Positions 1 through 11,834 of a stretch of 64,000 nucleotides of DNA are shown piece after piece (the stretch's first letter is position 1; every line of letters starts with the position of its first letter). Below the pieces are notes generated by a model. It had not been told where the DNA came from and searched no databases. It saw only the letters and a list, made by a program, of their open reading frames with translations. The DNA lies in NCBI GenBank assembly GCA_001599295.1, contig BCGN01000001.1, forward strand, positions 62,001 to 126,000, read 5' to 3'. This stretch comes from Sporopachydermia quercuum (lineage: Eukaryota). Both the position numbers and the translations under genes were made by a program.

Positions 1-1041
1 TGAAGCTGAAGCTTCTAATAAAGGTGTGATAGTATCTGCAAGACTAGGTACAAGAACACGAGTGAGGCCTAAGAATCTCGCTAGCACTGCTTTGAATGAT
101 CGTTGATCGTTATTACAAGAATTATATGGTTGGCATACTTGTTCGTACATGACATCTTCTTGGAAAAAAAGATTAGCCGCCGAATTCACTAAATTGGTTG
201 TAATAGTTTCCCATTCTGTATCATTGGTGAATTCAGTTAAATAAGCAGCACCACCAAGAAATAGGGCATAGTTGTACGTCCATTCGTTTACTGACATATC
301 AGTACAGTTATCATCAACTCCTGCACCATCATAAACTTTCATATCACTACCGGTTCCTGAAATAAACCCAACTCCTGTTATCCAATCCCATACTTTATGA
401 GCTGTGTCCACATAAGTAGTGTTTCCTGTATAACGCGCCAATCTGGCGGCCANGTTGAATAAACATCCTGCAGAAACAGTGTTTTTATAATCATAACCGT
501 TATTCCAAGTAAAAATCTGCCAACGTAAACCTCCGTTGCAATATTCCATATCCCAACGAGCATCAATTGTATTATAAACAGCCTGGGCAAGGTATAACCA
601 TTGAGGCTCATCATCGGCAGGATTGGTAAAATTCCTTTCAACAGCTTGCATTGCTGCAAGCCCCCAAAAGCCTTGATCATCATTACCTTCAGTAGTTGTT
701 TGATTGGATGGCATATAATTTCTTCCTGATCCAACTTGGTAGAGTAATGATTGCATCAATATGTCTTCATAAGTAGTATTTCCAGTCAAGTACCAGAAAT
801 CAATCATGCCTCCCCATGCTGAACCTGCTTGCCACCAATAATAAGGAGGAATCATCATGCCAACAACACCACCGTAAACAGATCCCCAATAGTAATCCAT
901 AAGACCTGTGGAAATATACGCTAAGGCCGATTTAATGGATGTAGGATCGTTGACATCAAGGGGAAGACCATTGGCATGACCACTGAACTGAGAGAACACT
1001 ACTAGCAAGCTCGCTAGCCATGAAAAGGAGTTTAATTTCAT
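1..1041 (-). CDS. DCW1/DFG5: GH76 mannan endo-1,6-alpha-mannosidase / cell-wall transglycosidase, Dcw1/Dfg5 family (3' end runs off the window)
   Basis: Hand translation from ATG at 1041 gives signal peptide MKLNSFSWLASLLVVFSQFSGHANG, then PYYWWQAGSAWGGMIDFWYLTG and TTTEGNDDQGFWG (GH76 catalytic DD). Missing from the ORF track because no stop lies in the window. The two paralogues cannot be told apart here. Confidence 0.92.
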   Translation of the reverse strand, partial: MKLNSFSWLASLLVVFSQFSGHANGLPLDVNDPTSIKSALAYISTGLMDYYWGSVYGGVVGMMIPPYYWWQAGSAWGGMIDFWYLTGNTTYEDILMQSLLYQVGSGRNYMPSNQTTTEGNDDQGFWGLAAMQAVERNFTNPADDEPQWLYLAQAVYNTIDARWDMEYCNGGLRWQIFTWNNGYDYKNTVSAGCLFNXAARLARYTGNTTYVDTAHKVWDWITGVGFISGTGSDMKVYDGAGVDDNCTDMSVNEWTYNYALFLGGAAYLTEFTNDTEWETITTNLVNSAANLFFQEDVMYEQVCQPYNSCNNDQRSFKAVLARFLGLTRVLVPSLADTITPLLEASAS

Positions 1042-2240
1042 GATAGGTGATAAAAAAGAGGACTGGATCGCTCGTGAATGTGAGTTAATAGATTGGTGTC
1101 TAATAGACTTTTAATTTGTAAATGTGTCTGACGAGAATACAATATCAGATGAATCTGTTGCAATACCAAATAACAGAACGCTGTGGTTGATTGCCAGATT
1201 TCTATGCTAGGCAAGTTGTATCATTAGACAAAAAATAACAAAGACTCAGTAGCCACTAGATATGAGTGCGTGTCTATGTCAATATGATCTAACAACAAAT
1301 CGCCGTTATAAACAAAAAGATGGAGACAATGACAATGCTATGACGACAAGATACCAAATGATGAGATATATCCTGTAAAACTGGAAACTCAAATCAATTT
1401 TCTGTTATTTTTCCTTAAATAGATTGTAATTTATTTGTTGTTTTTATTTATTGTCTAGTAAGAAGACATATATAGCTAGAAAACTGTCAGCAAAAGATAC
1501 ACACTTTGAACNATCGCTGTGCATCAGAAGGAGAGAGACAAAGGGTTTGTTAGGTATGGTGGTTAAAAATACAAAAATAAGTGATGAGGATGCTGCGGGA
1601 AAATGCGAGGCAATGCAAGTATTAGGGAGATGCATAGATGTGCGGGAAACTTCATTCTAATTATAGAGGCAAACAAACAAAATGAGCGTTTACATGTAAT
1701 GAGAGTATTCGTATTCATTACTTCTTGATTTATTATACGTTTTATGTAAAATACCAACANAGAAATATCAAAGTCCAGAGGCCTGAATATGAGTAAATTT
1801 CACTGTTCCATAGCGATCAATTCTNCTCGTACTTTAATCTCTATTCCTANTTAAAGAAAATCACGAGTCAGAATAAGTACATCTCGCACCTACTAGACTA
1901 CAAGAAGTTAACTGTCCCATGGATTATTGGAGTAAAATTGTCCTAATCATAACACAAATAGAATTAAGAAGCAGCAGGTTGTTTACATTAGAAATAAACT
2001 ATAACTAATTGCCCATCGATTTTCATTATTTTGCAACTCTTCATAAATTAATGTTCAATATCTATATTTACATTCACAATACACACATACATACTTCTCG
2101 TTGCACAGCCAAGACACTAAATATCATGCACGCCCTGGCATAAAGTATATACATAAAAAGTGGGCATTGTGCGAAACACACTTCATCTCAAGCACTGTCT
2201 TACCAGCTTCACTATTTCAACATCCTAGAACCAACTTATA

Positions 2241-3380
2241 TTATACACCAAATAATCTCTTTAAAGCTGTGAAATGGCGTATCACAACTTTAAAGTTGAA
2301 AGGACCTTCATCTTCTGGATCAGCTAACAGTAGTATATCATCTGTGACAACAAATAACTTGTTCCCCAGGCTATCATAAATCTCTTCACCATCTTTCAAT
2401 CTCTGAACAATTTGTAGGTTTGCATCAAAATATTTACCCTTATTAACACCAGAATGATCAATTAGTATAGCACCGCAACCAGGAACTCGAGATGCTCCTT
2501 CTAAGTCAAATTTTGGGTCATCGCCAACATGCCAAAATATAGGTAGATGTATCTTATCATCATCTACAGGATGTTGTGATGCTTCAATAAAAGATTGCAC
2601 TTCAGGTTTTAGTTTGGGGTCTAGAAATCGTTCTTTAAACATCGTGTCAATCATTAAATCAAACGCTTCTCTCTGAGGCTTTTCAAGTCCTGTTTCGTAA
2701 GATACAAATACATGTTTGAAAGATGATTCCAACTTAAGCTCTCGCAAAATGTTATGTACTCTTGAATCAGCATTGCTTAATACTGTAAGACATATATTAG
2801 CACTATCAAGACACTTTAACGTATCAATGAGATCATCTGTAATTGAATATGCATCTTTTCCNCCAAAATACTTCAGAATATGGTCTACGCACTTTTCTTC
2901 ATGTTCTGACATATTCTCATCGAATTCGAGCGACTGCCGCACCAACTCTCTCCACCACCAGATTAATGGTTTGCCTACTTTTCTACCAAAATTTGGGTAC
3001 TCATTTGCCATCCTCTTATAGACTGTGTTGCTATTAGTATTTGAATTTTAATTAATTTCATAGAAATTTACAATATACTTACCAGTTTTGAAATTNTGTC
3101 TTATAATTTCCTCTGATACTGGATATCCATATTCATTTGCTATGTCAGTATATAGTTCTGATACGGACTTAGTAGGCTCATACAAAGTTCCATATGCATC
3201 AAAGCTGACCATTAGAGGCTTTGGCAATGGCAGGTTCAAAACGCCATAGCTGTTCACGTCAGGATATGCATTATTATGAATCGAACGTCGGTGCAGATAA
3301 TATGATAGGCAAGGATATGGAGATTGCTTAGTGCTGGTGAACCGGTACAAGGTTCTTGATAGAGGGTTAGTCACTGGCAT
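2241..3380 (-). CDS. HAD-superfamily hydrolase (HDHD3/YMR130W-like), 2 exons: 3380-3083 and 3022-2241
   Basis: Motifs FDAYGTLY, LSNADSR, EKPQREAF and HVGDD. Intron 3082-3023 (GTAAGT...TACTAAT...CAG) joins the two track ORFs in frame (NFKT-V-YKRMANEYPNFG). The Arg/Ser/Thr-rich N-terminus resembles a mitochondrial presequence. Confidence 0.85.
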
Positions 3381-4232
3381 TCTTTCTGCATAGCAAAAAA
3401 AGAAATAAATAAACTGGACTCTGGATTCTGAATGTAATGATTTCGTTATATTGAAAGTCTAATCAAAAATATCATCAATTGTCATTATTAATGCCTTGTT
3501 ATTTCTTTTAAGTGAAGAGGAGGAAATGTTAGGATATTTTCCTTCTTGGTATTAGAGTTTGGAAATAATTGGGAGTTACTTACTATGCCTAGTTGATAAA
3601 GTCTATGGGCAAGTATATTGCTTAGAGGGTACAAGTCAGTAGAAAAAAGAAAAGAATAATCAAAAGAAGAAAAGAGTTCTTATGCACTCGTTAATGACTA
3701 ATTCTTGTAAAGCTTGTTCCGTTGCAATCAACAAGAAATGGAATGAAGTGAAAGAGAATAGTTAATGGCAATTGTAATCATCTATTTAAGTTTATTTTAA
3801 TCATGCATCAAGTAGGCAGATAAGTAGATAGTGTGATACAGTATCAAAGACAAAAACCTCGTTTTATGAATATTGGGACCGTATAGATGTTTGACAATAG
3901 TTAGAAACTAAGGAAGTTTAATTTTATATANTAAAATTTTTCGATAATAGTTGAAATCAAATGTTTTAATTACAGCTAAGTCCTTGAAAAGTATAGCTAA
4001 GCTGACACATTATACAACATATACTGTTTGCTGGTTAGATGTGCCTACCNCGCGCAGCCAGTTTTAACTTTCCATATTGACTCTGTGCACAGGATTGGAT
4101 AAAGGCGCTACCTCCTGCTACCCAAACCTCCAACAATATATAATCTTCGAACTACAGTCTCATCTACCTCGTATTTACCACAGGTATCATAATTTCTTTC
4201 TCTAAAATAAATACATACAGAATAATGAAACA

Positions 4233-7200
4233 TCATCCAAGTAGAATCTCCCATCCCCAATCTTTCATTACTGTACTCCAGTGAGTCCAACTCTTAAACT
4301 TCCTTTCTTCCAAATCTTCCTCTTCAATCATATTACCAGTAGCAACAGCAGCTATATGTGCTATATGGCTTGCTATCATCTCCTGATTTCTGTTGCTATT
4401 GCCCAGCCCTGCTTCTCTTCCTATCATCACGTCATTATCATGGCTCCCTTTCCGCTGTTCAGATCTCTGTTTCTCTCGTTTATTCTTACGATAGATATCT
4501 TTTCTTTTCCAAACTTCTTCAACGACTTCAACTGCTCTTTCAACATTTCCAATCCACATTGAATCTGTCAAAAGTTTCCATCTGTTTCGAACAAATTCTC
4601 TTTCCTCTCCTGGTTCTGCTTCGCAGCCCGCTAAAAGCAGTGGATACATATGTACGATAGAAGTTCGCGAAGACGAAGGGATTGATGCCAATAACATGAG
4701 AACTTTTTCTGCTAATTCGTGAGATGTAGAAGATGGTATTTCTGGTACTGCCTGATGAAGATATAGTAAAGTAGCATATCTATAAGCTTCTGCTGTTGAT
4801 ATACAAGCTGATAGATCCAAATAAGTGGAGCTTCCGCCACTGTTTCCTTTAGAGCTAGAGCCTCCATTCATATTGTTGCCATTATTAATGATTGTGGGTT
4901 TCCAGTTTTCTAATTGCTGCTTCAATTCAACTCCAGTAGATATTATTGATAAAGAGTTCTTAGGCTCCTTTCTTACTCTATTAACCAAAGTTGCAACTCT
5001 ACCAATGACTGGAAACAATGTTTGAGAACACCCGAGTAAAGGATCAATTTCTGGGAAATTAATGTTCATAGAGTCGAGCTCATGGACAATTTCTCTGGTA
5101 GTTACTGGCTTCTTTTTATGAGAAGAGGTATTAGAATTAGCACGAGACTTGGCAGAATACTCTGAATTGTCAGAAGACACCGAAGATGCAGAGCTAGTTG
5201 ACTCAGACCGTTTGGTTTTAAACAATGAGTTGATAGAATGTCCATTGCTATTGCCAGAGATATGTTCATTGATAGTGGATGAGATAGGTACACGAGAGGC
5301 AGATGAAGAGGATTCCAGGTTAGGATTAGCACCATTAGAACCAGGACCGGAACCAAGGCCAGAGGAAAAGTTTGGATTTTTAGTACTATTAATTTCATTA
5401 TCAGCAGTAGCATTAATATCATTGATATTATTGTTATCAGTACTATAGTCATTATTTCCATTGTCAATTCCACTGCAAGTTGAAGTTTCATTCAAGGACC
5501 ACATACTTTTGGACTCATCATTGGTCTCTGAAGTGATTCTTGCCATTACATCGAAATAAATCCATGAATTGAATAAAAACTGCAATTTCTCGGGTACTTT
5601 CCTCACAATTCTATTTCTCTGACCCCCTTCTTCATTCCCATCTAAATAGCTCTCAATCACTTGAGTAATCATTGTCTTGGCTCCTTTCAGATGAGCAATG
5701 CCTGTCGAAATAGTTCTCTCCCAGCATTCAGAACATGCTAATGCTAAACAAGCTACTAATGCAACATCAGGCTCTATAGTATTATCACCGAGACCTTTGG
5801 CTAACTCAATTATTGCCTGTTTCATATGTCTAACTCCACAAGCTTTCAACTCTTCTGAGCCTCTAGCAATATGAAAACATGTCATAGCGGAAATTGCATG
5901 AAGAACGGTTGAATTATAGAATGCTAATGGTCGAATATACGTTCTCCAAGGATTTTCATTAGGCCCATCTTTAATTGACATGATAGAACATGTATAGTTA
6001 TCAAAGAAGTGTAAAATCCTGGAAAACTCTTCGTTCAATGTTATACTTGGTGGAATAGGTAGGAAGGAGGATTGCAGTTGTTGAATTTGTCGTAATTGAG
6101 ATTCTGTCATCGGCATGAAAGGATTCTTCTGCTGATAAGGATTTGAGATGATATCTCGAAAGAATGTCTCAGATCCTGCAGAAGAACCTCTAGCTGGTGA
6201 TAATGTTATAGTTGATAGAGCAGAATTCGTAGAACCTGAGCGAGATCTTATACNGGAAGCCGAAGGTGGACGGACAACGGAACCACCAGGAGACATTGAA
6301 ATCTCAGAGTTGGCTCCCACGTTGTCATCGTCCTCAATTGCGCTTCCAGTCCCGCTTTTACTTCCACTGAGTACCATAGCATTGTCGGAACGGATCATTT
6401 CCGGAGTGTGAACAAGCCGAGAAAACAGATCGGCCGTAGTCCCGCTGATTGGCGACATTGCAGAATCTTCAGTAAAAGCTTTAAGCATAGCAGAAACACT
6501 AGGAGATCCCGGAGAAGGCATTGTAAAGGAATTCAAATAATTTGGTATCATATTACTGACAGAATTACCATTGGAAGAATTACCATTAGACAAGTCTAGA
6601 GCATCTGATTCCATATTGGAGAACAATTCCGATACTTGATTTGCAGGTATTGAAGGCAGAAAGTTTGGAGACGTTAGGAAAAATTGCGTTAAAGACGAAG
6701 GAGAAAAAGGGGTGACTCTCTTTAACATTTCTGTATGATCATTTGATTGAGGATTTGCTTGAGACAAGCTTTGAAGTAATGGAAAAGAAACTGGAGATTT
6801 GATATCAACTGCAGAGGTTGATGCACTCCTATTCATTTTCATTCTCTTACTATTCTGACTCTGGTTACTTGATAAATCCGAATGCTCGTGATCGGCTGTT
6901 GAAATGTCTGAAGGTTCTGTGATAATGCAGGTTGAATTCACATGTCTTTTCAATGGTGAATTAACAATAGGAATAGGACTTGGAGCAACAGGGGTCGCTG
7001 AAATTCCATTACCTGTTGTGCTCGTGCCATTGTTAGGAGTCAGAATTGGATGCTCTAATCTTTCTCTGTCTTCATTTAGTTCTTCTACTGTTTTTCCTAC
7101 CATTGAAACAGAAGCTGCATCAATAGCTTTCCTTAGTATATCATCTGTACTACCACCAATGCTTGTACCACTAGAAACATCCATAGCACCACTAATTACA

Positions 7201-7478
7201 CTGGCACTGCCATTNCTGCTACCCTTATCTGAAGCAGACCCCGGAGAAACACTTGCCAATTTCCCTTTTGTCATCCCAGTGGTTTCTTCAAAGGATTTCC
7301 ATTTAAACGAAACAGCATATCCTCCACAAGCGATATTTCGCTTAGTACAATTGAGACATACTGGTTTTGTCTCATCGCACTTTAGTCTTTTCTTCTTGCA
7401 TGTGACGCAACCTTTCCTCGATTTGAATTGTTTCTTTTTACCATTTGGTTGAGACGTAGTTGTGGTAGTTGGCGTCAT
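4233..7478 (-). CDS. Zn(II)2Cys6 transcription factor with a C-terminal fungal-specific TF domain (Fungal_trans_2-like)
   Basis: SRKGCVTCKKKRLKCDETKPVCLNCTKRNIACGGY zinc cluster. NPWR, HLKGA and IDPLLGC blocks in the C-terminal domain. Confidence 0.9.
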   Translation of the reverse strand: MTPTTTTTSQPNGKKKQFKSRKGCVTCKKKRLKCDETKPVCLNCTKRNIACGGYAVSFKWKSFEETTGMTKGKLASVSPGSASDKGSXNGSASVISGAMDVSSGTSIGGSTDDILRKAIDAASVSMVGKTVEELNEDRERLEHPILTPNNGTSTTGNGISATPVAPSPIPIVNSPLKRHVNSTCIITEPSDISTADHEHSDLSSNQSQNSKRMKMNRSASTSAVDIKSPVSFPLLQSLSQANPQSNDHTEMLKRVTPFSPSSLTQFFLTSPNFLPSIPANQVSELFSNMESDALDLSNGNSSNGNSVSNMIPNYLNSFTMPSPGSPSVSAMLKAFTEDSAMSPISGTTADLFSRLVHTPEMIRSDNAMVLSGSKSGTGSAIEDDDNVGANSEISMSPGGSVVRPPSASXIRSRSGSTNSALSTITLSPARGSSAGSETFFRDIISNPYQQKNPFMPMTESQLRQIQQLQSSFLPIPPSITLNEEFSRILHFFDNYTCSIMSIKDGPNENPWRTYIRPLAFYNSTVLHAISAMTCFHIARGSEELKACGVRHMKQAIIELAKGLGDNTIEPDVALVACLALACSECWERTISTGIAHLKGAKTMITQVIESYLDGNEEGGQRNRIVRKVPEKLQFLFNSWIYFDVMARITSETNDESKSMWSLNETSTCSGIDNGNNDYSTDNNNINDINATADNEINSTKNPNFSSGLGSGPGSNGANPNLESSSSASRVPISSTINEHISGNSNGHSINSLFKTKRSESTSSASSVSSDNSEYSAKSRANSNTSSHKKKPVTTREIVHELDSMNINFPEIDPLLGCSQTLFPVIGRVATLVNRVRKEPKNSLSIISTGVELKQQLENWKPTIINNGNNMNGGSSSKGNSGGSSTYLDLSACISTAEAYRYATLLYLHQAVPEIPSSTSHELAEKVLMLLASIPSSSRTSIVHMYPLLLAGCEAEPGEEREFVRNRWKLLTDSMWIGNVERAVEVVEEVWKRKDIYRKNKREKQRSEQRKGSHDNDVMIGREAGLGNSNRNQEMIASHIAHIAAVATGNMIEEEDLEERKFKSWTHWSTVMKDWGWEILLG

Positions 7479-10202
7479 TGTTATGAGCAGAATATGGTGT
7501 ATTGAAATAATATGTTTCTGCTGTGTATGTGGTGCAATGACGATTAGGTAATAAAAATCATTTGTTACCTGAAGTCAGGCGTGCTACTGTTGAGGTAGCA
7601 GACTAGTCGATAGTTGAATANAATAGTAGTTATTGTTGTTGACACTAACATAAGAAATTTTCAAACCAGTTCAGAAAGAGTTTAAGGATGTAACAATTGG
7701 CAATGACATTCATTAAAAGAGATTTTATTATTTATGTGTCGATATTCAAGGAACTAGTGAAAAATGTTTAGTTCATTGGTACTAATTGGTAAAATAAGAT
7801 AAAGGGAGTTGGTGAATGCGATGTGTTGGAGGGTCTTTAGAGAAAATAAGTTTATAGATAAGACAAAGTTTGAGGGTCTTGGGAGGTTAGTGTTCAACAG
7901 TTATGTTAAATACATGATGAGAATGGGAATTTTAATTGATAGGTGTACTTAAATTTAGCTCAAGGTTCTGTTAATGCCTGAGAACTGGGGTATTAGTAGG
8001 AGAGGCTGCAGAATTGATATCTGATTGGATTATAGCCTGTGTAGGTTTTTAGATGTAAACTAGTTTATCTTTTCATATGATAAGTGCTTTATTACAACTG
8101 TTACTTCTAGTTGACAAGTTTCCTGTTGGCTTATAGTTTGACTTCCTTTCTTTATCATCTGAAATAAGTAATAACCGTTAAACTTCCAACCAAAAGGAAA
8201 ACGCCCTAATTTAGGGCGATTAATGCGCAGTAATTAAGGTAAATATTAAACTTTAAAGCATATCTATAACCTTATTCTTCCTACTAATCCATCTTTTCAA
8301 TGATTGGCGAGACGTTTTCTATTATTTTGGACTTCGAAGAAGAATATTCCAAGAATAACATCAGTCCAATCTAGATGTAAGCGAAAACACAAATTGTAAA
8401 ACTGCTGTGGTTTTTCCAATGCGTCGACAACTGGCCTTACGAATGACTAGGCTTNTTTTGTTCAAGAATACTTCACTTCTTTTCTATATCGTCGAATATA
8501 TCTCATTTGCTGTAACTGTAATGANACAGCTTACACCATATACTATCTGTTTTGAAATTATCAACCAGTGAATTGGTTCAAATGGCGTACAAGTATGTAC
8601 ATTTGAGTCTGATCTACTTTGTTTTCTGATTCATTGTCTGAAACTTTTTTTATCACTTGTCTTCAAATTGAGACCCTAGCTCTTCGGTCAANGATGCAGT
8701 ACCCGATCCAACCGATAGTTACTGTCTGCTACAGGACATGTTCATATTTCAGTGAAGTAGTGAGCATAATGTGACCTGAATGTTCAAAACAAGCCTTGAA
8801 TTGATGATTCGTAAAAATCTGTAGTGATGTTCTTGTTATCTCTAATCTGGTAAGATAGCGAATACCTCATAGGCCCTGAATAACCATTGGACATTAGTAG
8901 AATTTTTCTCCTTTTAGATTACTATTTTGGTAGACTCGTTTCTTACCGTCATAATCTTAAATATATATATATAAACGTGAACTACTTAAATTTTCATCTA
9001 TGGCTGATTAACTTATTAACACTCTTTTTTTAGTATATCATTCTTATATTGAATTAGGTAGGAGTGTCATATCATGAGGATTGCCAGCTAGACAATATCA
9101 TTTTCTTAATAAAGCAGTAAATCTCTATGGTGTGAAATATAACTGTGAGTACTTTTTTCTATTATGGAACTATATAAAAATTGGTGAGAATCCATCATAT
9201 TCCTGTAAGAGCAATGTAGAAGCTTCAACTAACTTCATATCATGTTCAGTGATCCACCAGACTCCAGCAAGCATCTAAAATTTCGTCGAAAGGTCGTACT
9301 ATTTTACAACTCAAACTTGTCATAGACCGTAATGTACTATCACGATAATACCCATTATAATTCAACTAACAGATATNTCTACAAAGTTGTAAAATANCTT
9401 TACACATCTAACATAAATATCCGTCAGCTTGTCGTACTTCAGGCATTCAACTCTTCTATCTTCATGTTGTAATAGACAATTAGAGTGCAACATTCTGCGA
9501 TTTTCATGCATGTTTAGACTAACGTTTAGTTGGTTTTTATCGTTCTCGAAACTCTAACACTTCTGCAATTGATGCATCATACTTTACCTTTGGTTTATCA
9601 ACATGCGATAGGCAATTCGTAACTATAGACCCTTCAATCTTATTTCAGTTATTGATTCAATGTTGTTCCAGTCTTCAATTTTTCACTCAAGCCTTCATTA
9701 CAGGTCATTATTTTGCACGCAGATGGATCTAATCTGTCACGTGAGTCATTGAAGTTTGGCGGGAAAAGTGACAGGGATCATTTTACTTAATTTGGATGGA
9801 AAACCCGATAAACAAAACAATTGCACAAGCTAACATTGGACTTTTGCCTGTCAATTGCTGCTTTTCATATGAAGAATGAATCATCATTAGTAGTTGATAA
9901 ACCGTTATATTAAATTATCAGCTATGAAAACCAGTAGTTAACCGAATTCAAGGTAATAGTTAGTATGGCGTGAACAATTTATTGTTTCACTTATACTGAG
10001 ACAGGGTCGAGAAGTGCAAAGTGACAACCTTTCTCTATAGTACAGTTATGTGTTATAAAAAAGACTACTATGCCAACAAACTGGTCTCTATAATAACAAT
10101 ATATATTCTAGAACAAGATAAAGGATGCCTAATCTATAGGCACCAATTATATTAAGTAGAAAACAAAACAAAAAGAATTTTCTTCTCACACCCGGTCGAA
10201 CA

Positions 10203-11834
10203 CTACTTCTTTGACTTATGACTGAAAACTTGAACCAAATTCTCAGCTTCTTCAGCCCTCATAGTACTTGTCTTGAACTTGTGCTTACCTCTGATAAACC
10301 AGTATACAATAGCATATCCAATAAAGAACACAATGACAACTGATGCATAATTCATATCATTTGGTGCCACAGGCATAGTGAATGGGAAACAGAAGAAAAC
10401 AACTGCAAATATGGTCCAGCATATTAATACAATGTTAGCAAATAATCCCAGTTTTCCTAACCAGAATGGACCGTGTGTGATGTTATTTCTTCCTTTGATC
10501 AATAAGCAAATGGTAGGAACGCAGTAAGACATAAGTAAAAAGGTAATACAACCTGTGATCATTGCATTGAACGCTGTAGTGGAACCCATGTATAAAGCAC
10601 CTAAACATGCAACCCAGAAACATGACATCAAATGTGCATTTAGTGGTACTCCAAGTGTAGGATGGATCTGTGACCAATATGTGGAACCCCAGATACCTCC
10701 ATCTCTGCTGAATGACCAACATAATCTTGCTTGCCAAGTATGGCATGAAATATTGCATCCAACAGCAGTTAAGAAGATCAACACCTCCAAGCAGACAGCA
10801 CCAGCTTTTGATTTGGTAGCTTGGTAGAAAATATCCATGATTGGTACCCCAGTGTTGGAATTCATTATAGCATCTAAATTATTAATGGAGAAAAACATAG
10901 CAATTGAGTATGCAAAAGATGTAACGAATCCAATTGCTACTGTAGACATAATTGAGATAGGAATCTTTCTCTCAGGATTATTGATTTCCTCTGCCATATG
11001 GGTTGCACAATCCAAACATGAAAATGACCAGTTAGGATTAATCAAACCAACAATGAAAGCAATTCCTGATGATGACCAACCAGTAGCATTTTCAAACCTA
11101 ACGAAAACAAAATCTGCACTTTGGAAATTTGGTGATGCGCATGCAAGAACTGTTATCGTAATTATAGCAAATGAAGCTAATGATGTGTATAAGGCTGCTT
11201 GTGAAATGTGTGGTAAGTACTTTTCATAGCAATTGAACAATAAAATGAAAATGTTTACTAACTCATAAGTGACGAAAATAATCCAGTTATGGACAACAAA
11301 ATCAGGTCCTCCAGCTGTTAATGTATACATTCCCACAAGAGAGAAGGCAATGGCAAGAGTAACCGAAGCAGAAGTGAAAACCGAGCCAAACCAAGCAAGA
11401 GAACCGCACAAATAAGCAAGAAAAGCAGAGTACTTCTTTGGTGCTAATACACTGGTCCAGAAATATTGTCCACCAGAATTTGGGTATGCAGAGGCAAGTT
11501 CTGATAATGTGATTCCAATAAATGAAGAAACAAATGCAATGATAAGAATACCATATACAACAATAATAGGACCACCAGAAGCGATACTGGTAATCAAAGA
11601 AGCAGAAATACCGAACCAAGAATTAGTTAAACCAAAACCAACTCCAAGTAAAGACCAGATTGAGAAATTTCTTCTTAATTCTGGCTTGTAACCCATTTCT
11701 GCCAGCTTCAAATTATCATCATCCAAAATGATTGATGAAACATCACCAACTTCTGCTTCATTATCCGACGAAGTGAAAGTATCGTGTTGTAAACCAAGGT
11801 CTTGAACCTTGGATGAGATTTCTTGTTTCTCCAT
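10203..11834 (-). CDS. HNM1: Choline/ethanolamine permease (APC superfamily)
   Basis: 543 aa with about 12 hydrophobic segments. GVGFGLTNSWFGISAS, ELASAYPNSGGQY and SFSCLDCATHMAEE motifs. Confidence 0.88.
   Translation of the reverse strand: MEKQEISSKVQDLGLQHDTFTSSDNEAEVGDVSSIILDDDNLKLAEMGYKPELRRNFSIWSLLGVGFGLTNSWFGISASLITSIASGGPIIVVYGILIIAFVSSFIGITLSELASAYPNSGGQYFWTSVLAPKKYSAFLAYLCGSLAWFGSVFTSASVTLAIAFSLVGMYTLTAGGPDFVVHNWIIFVTYELVNIFILLFNCYEKYLPHISQAALYTSLASFAIITITVLACASPNFQSADFVFVRFENATGWSSSGIAFIVGLINPNWSFSCLDCATHMAEEINNPERKIPISIMSTVAIGFVTSFAYSIAMFFSINNLDAIMNSNTGVPIMDIFYQATKSKAGAVCLEVLIFLTAVGCNISCHTWQARLCWSFSRDGGIWGSTYWSQIHPTLGVPLNAHLMSCFWVACLGALYMGSTTAFNAMITGCITFLLMSYCVPTICLLIKGRNNITHGPFWLGKLGLFANIVLICWTIFAVVFFCFPFTMPVAPNDMNYASVVIVFFIGYAIVYWFIRGKHKFKTSTMRAEEAENLVQVFSHKSKK

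Noticed and set aside
378..734. 118-aa minus-strand ORF
   Set aside because: Alternative frame inside the GH76 gene.
6904..7452. 182-aa antisense ORF and similar shadow ORFs within HNM1, ACC1, LCP5 and the 2037-aa gene
   Set aside because: They lie opposite or out of frame with well-supported genes and have no motifs of their own.
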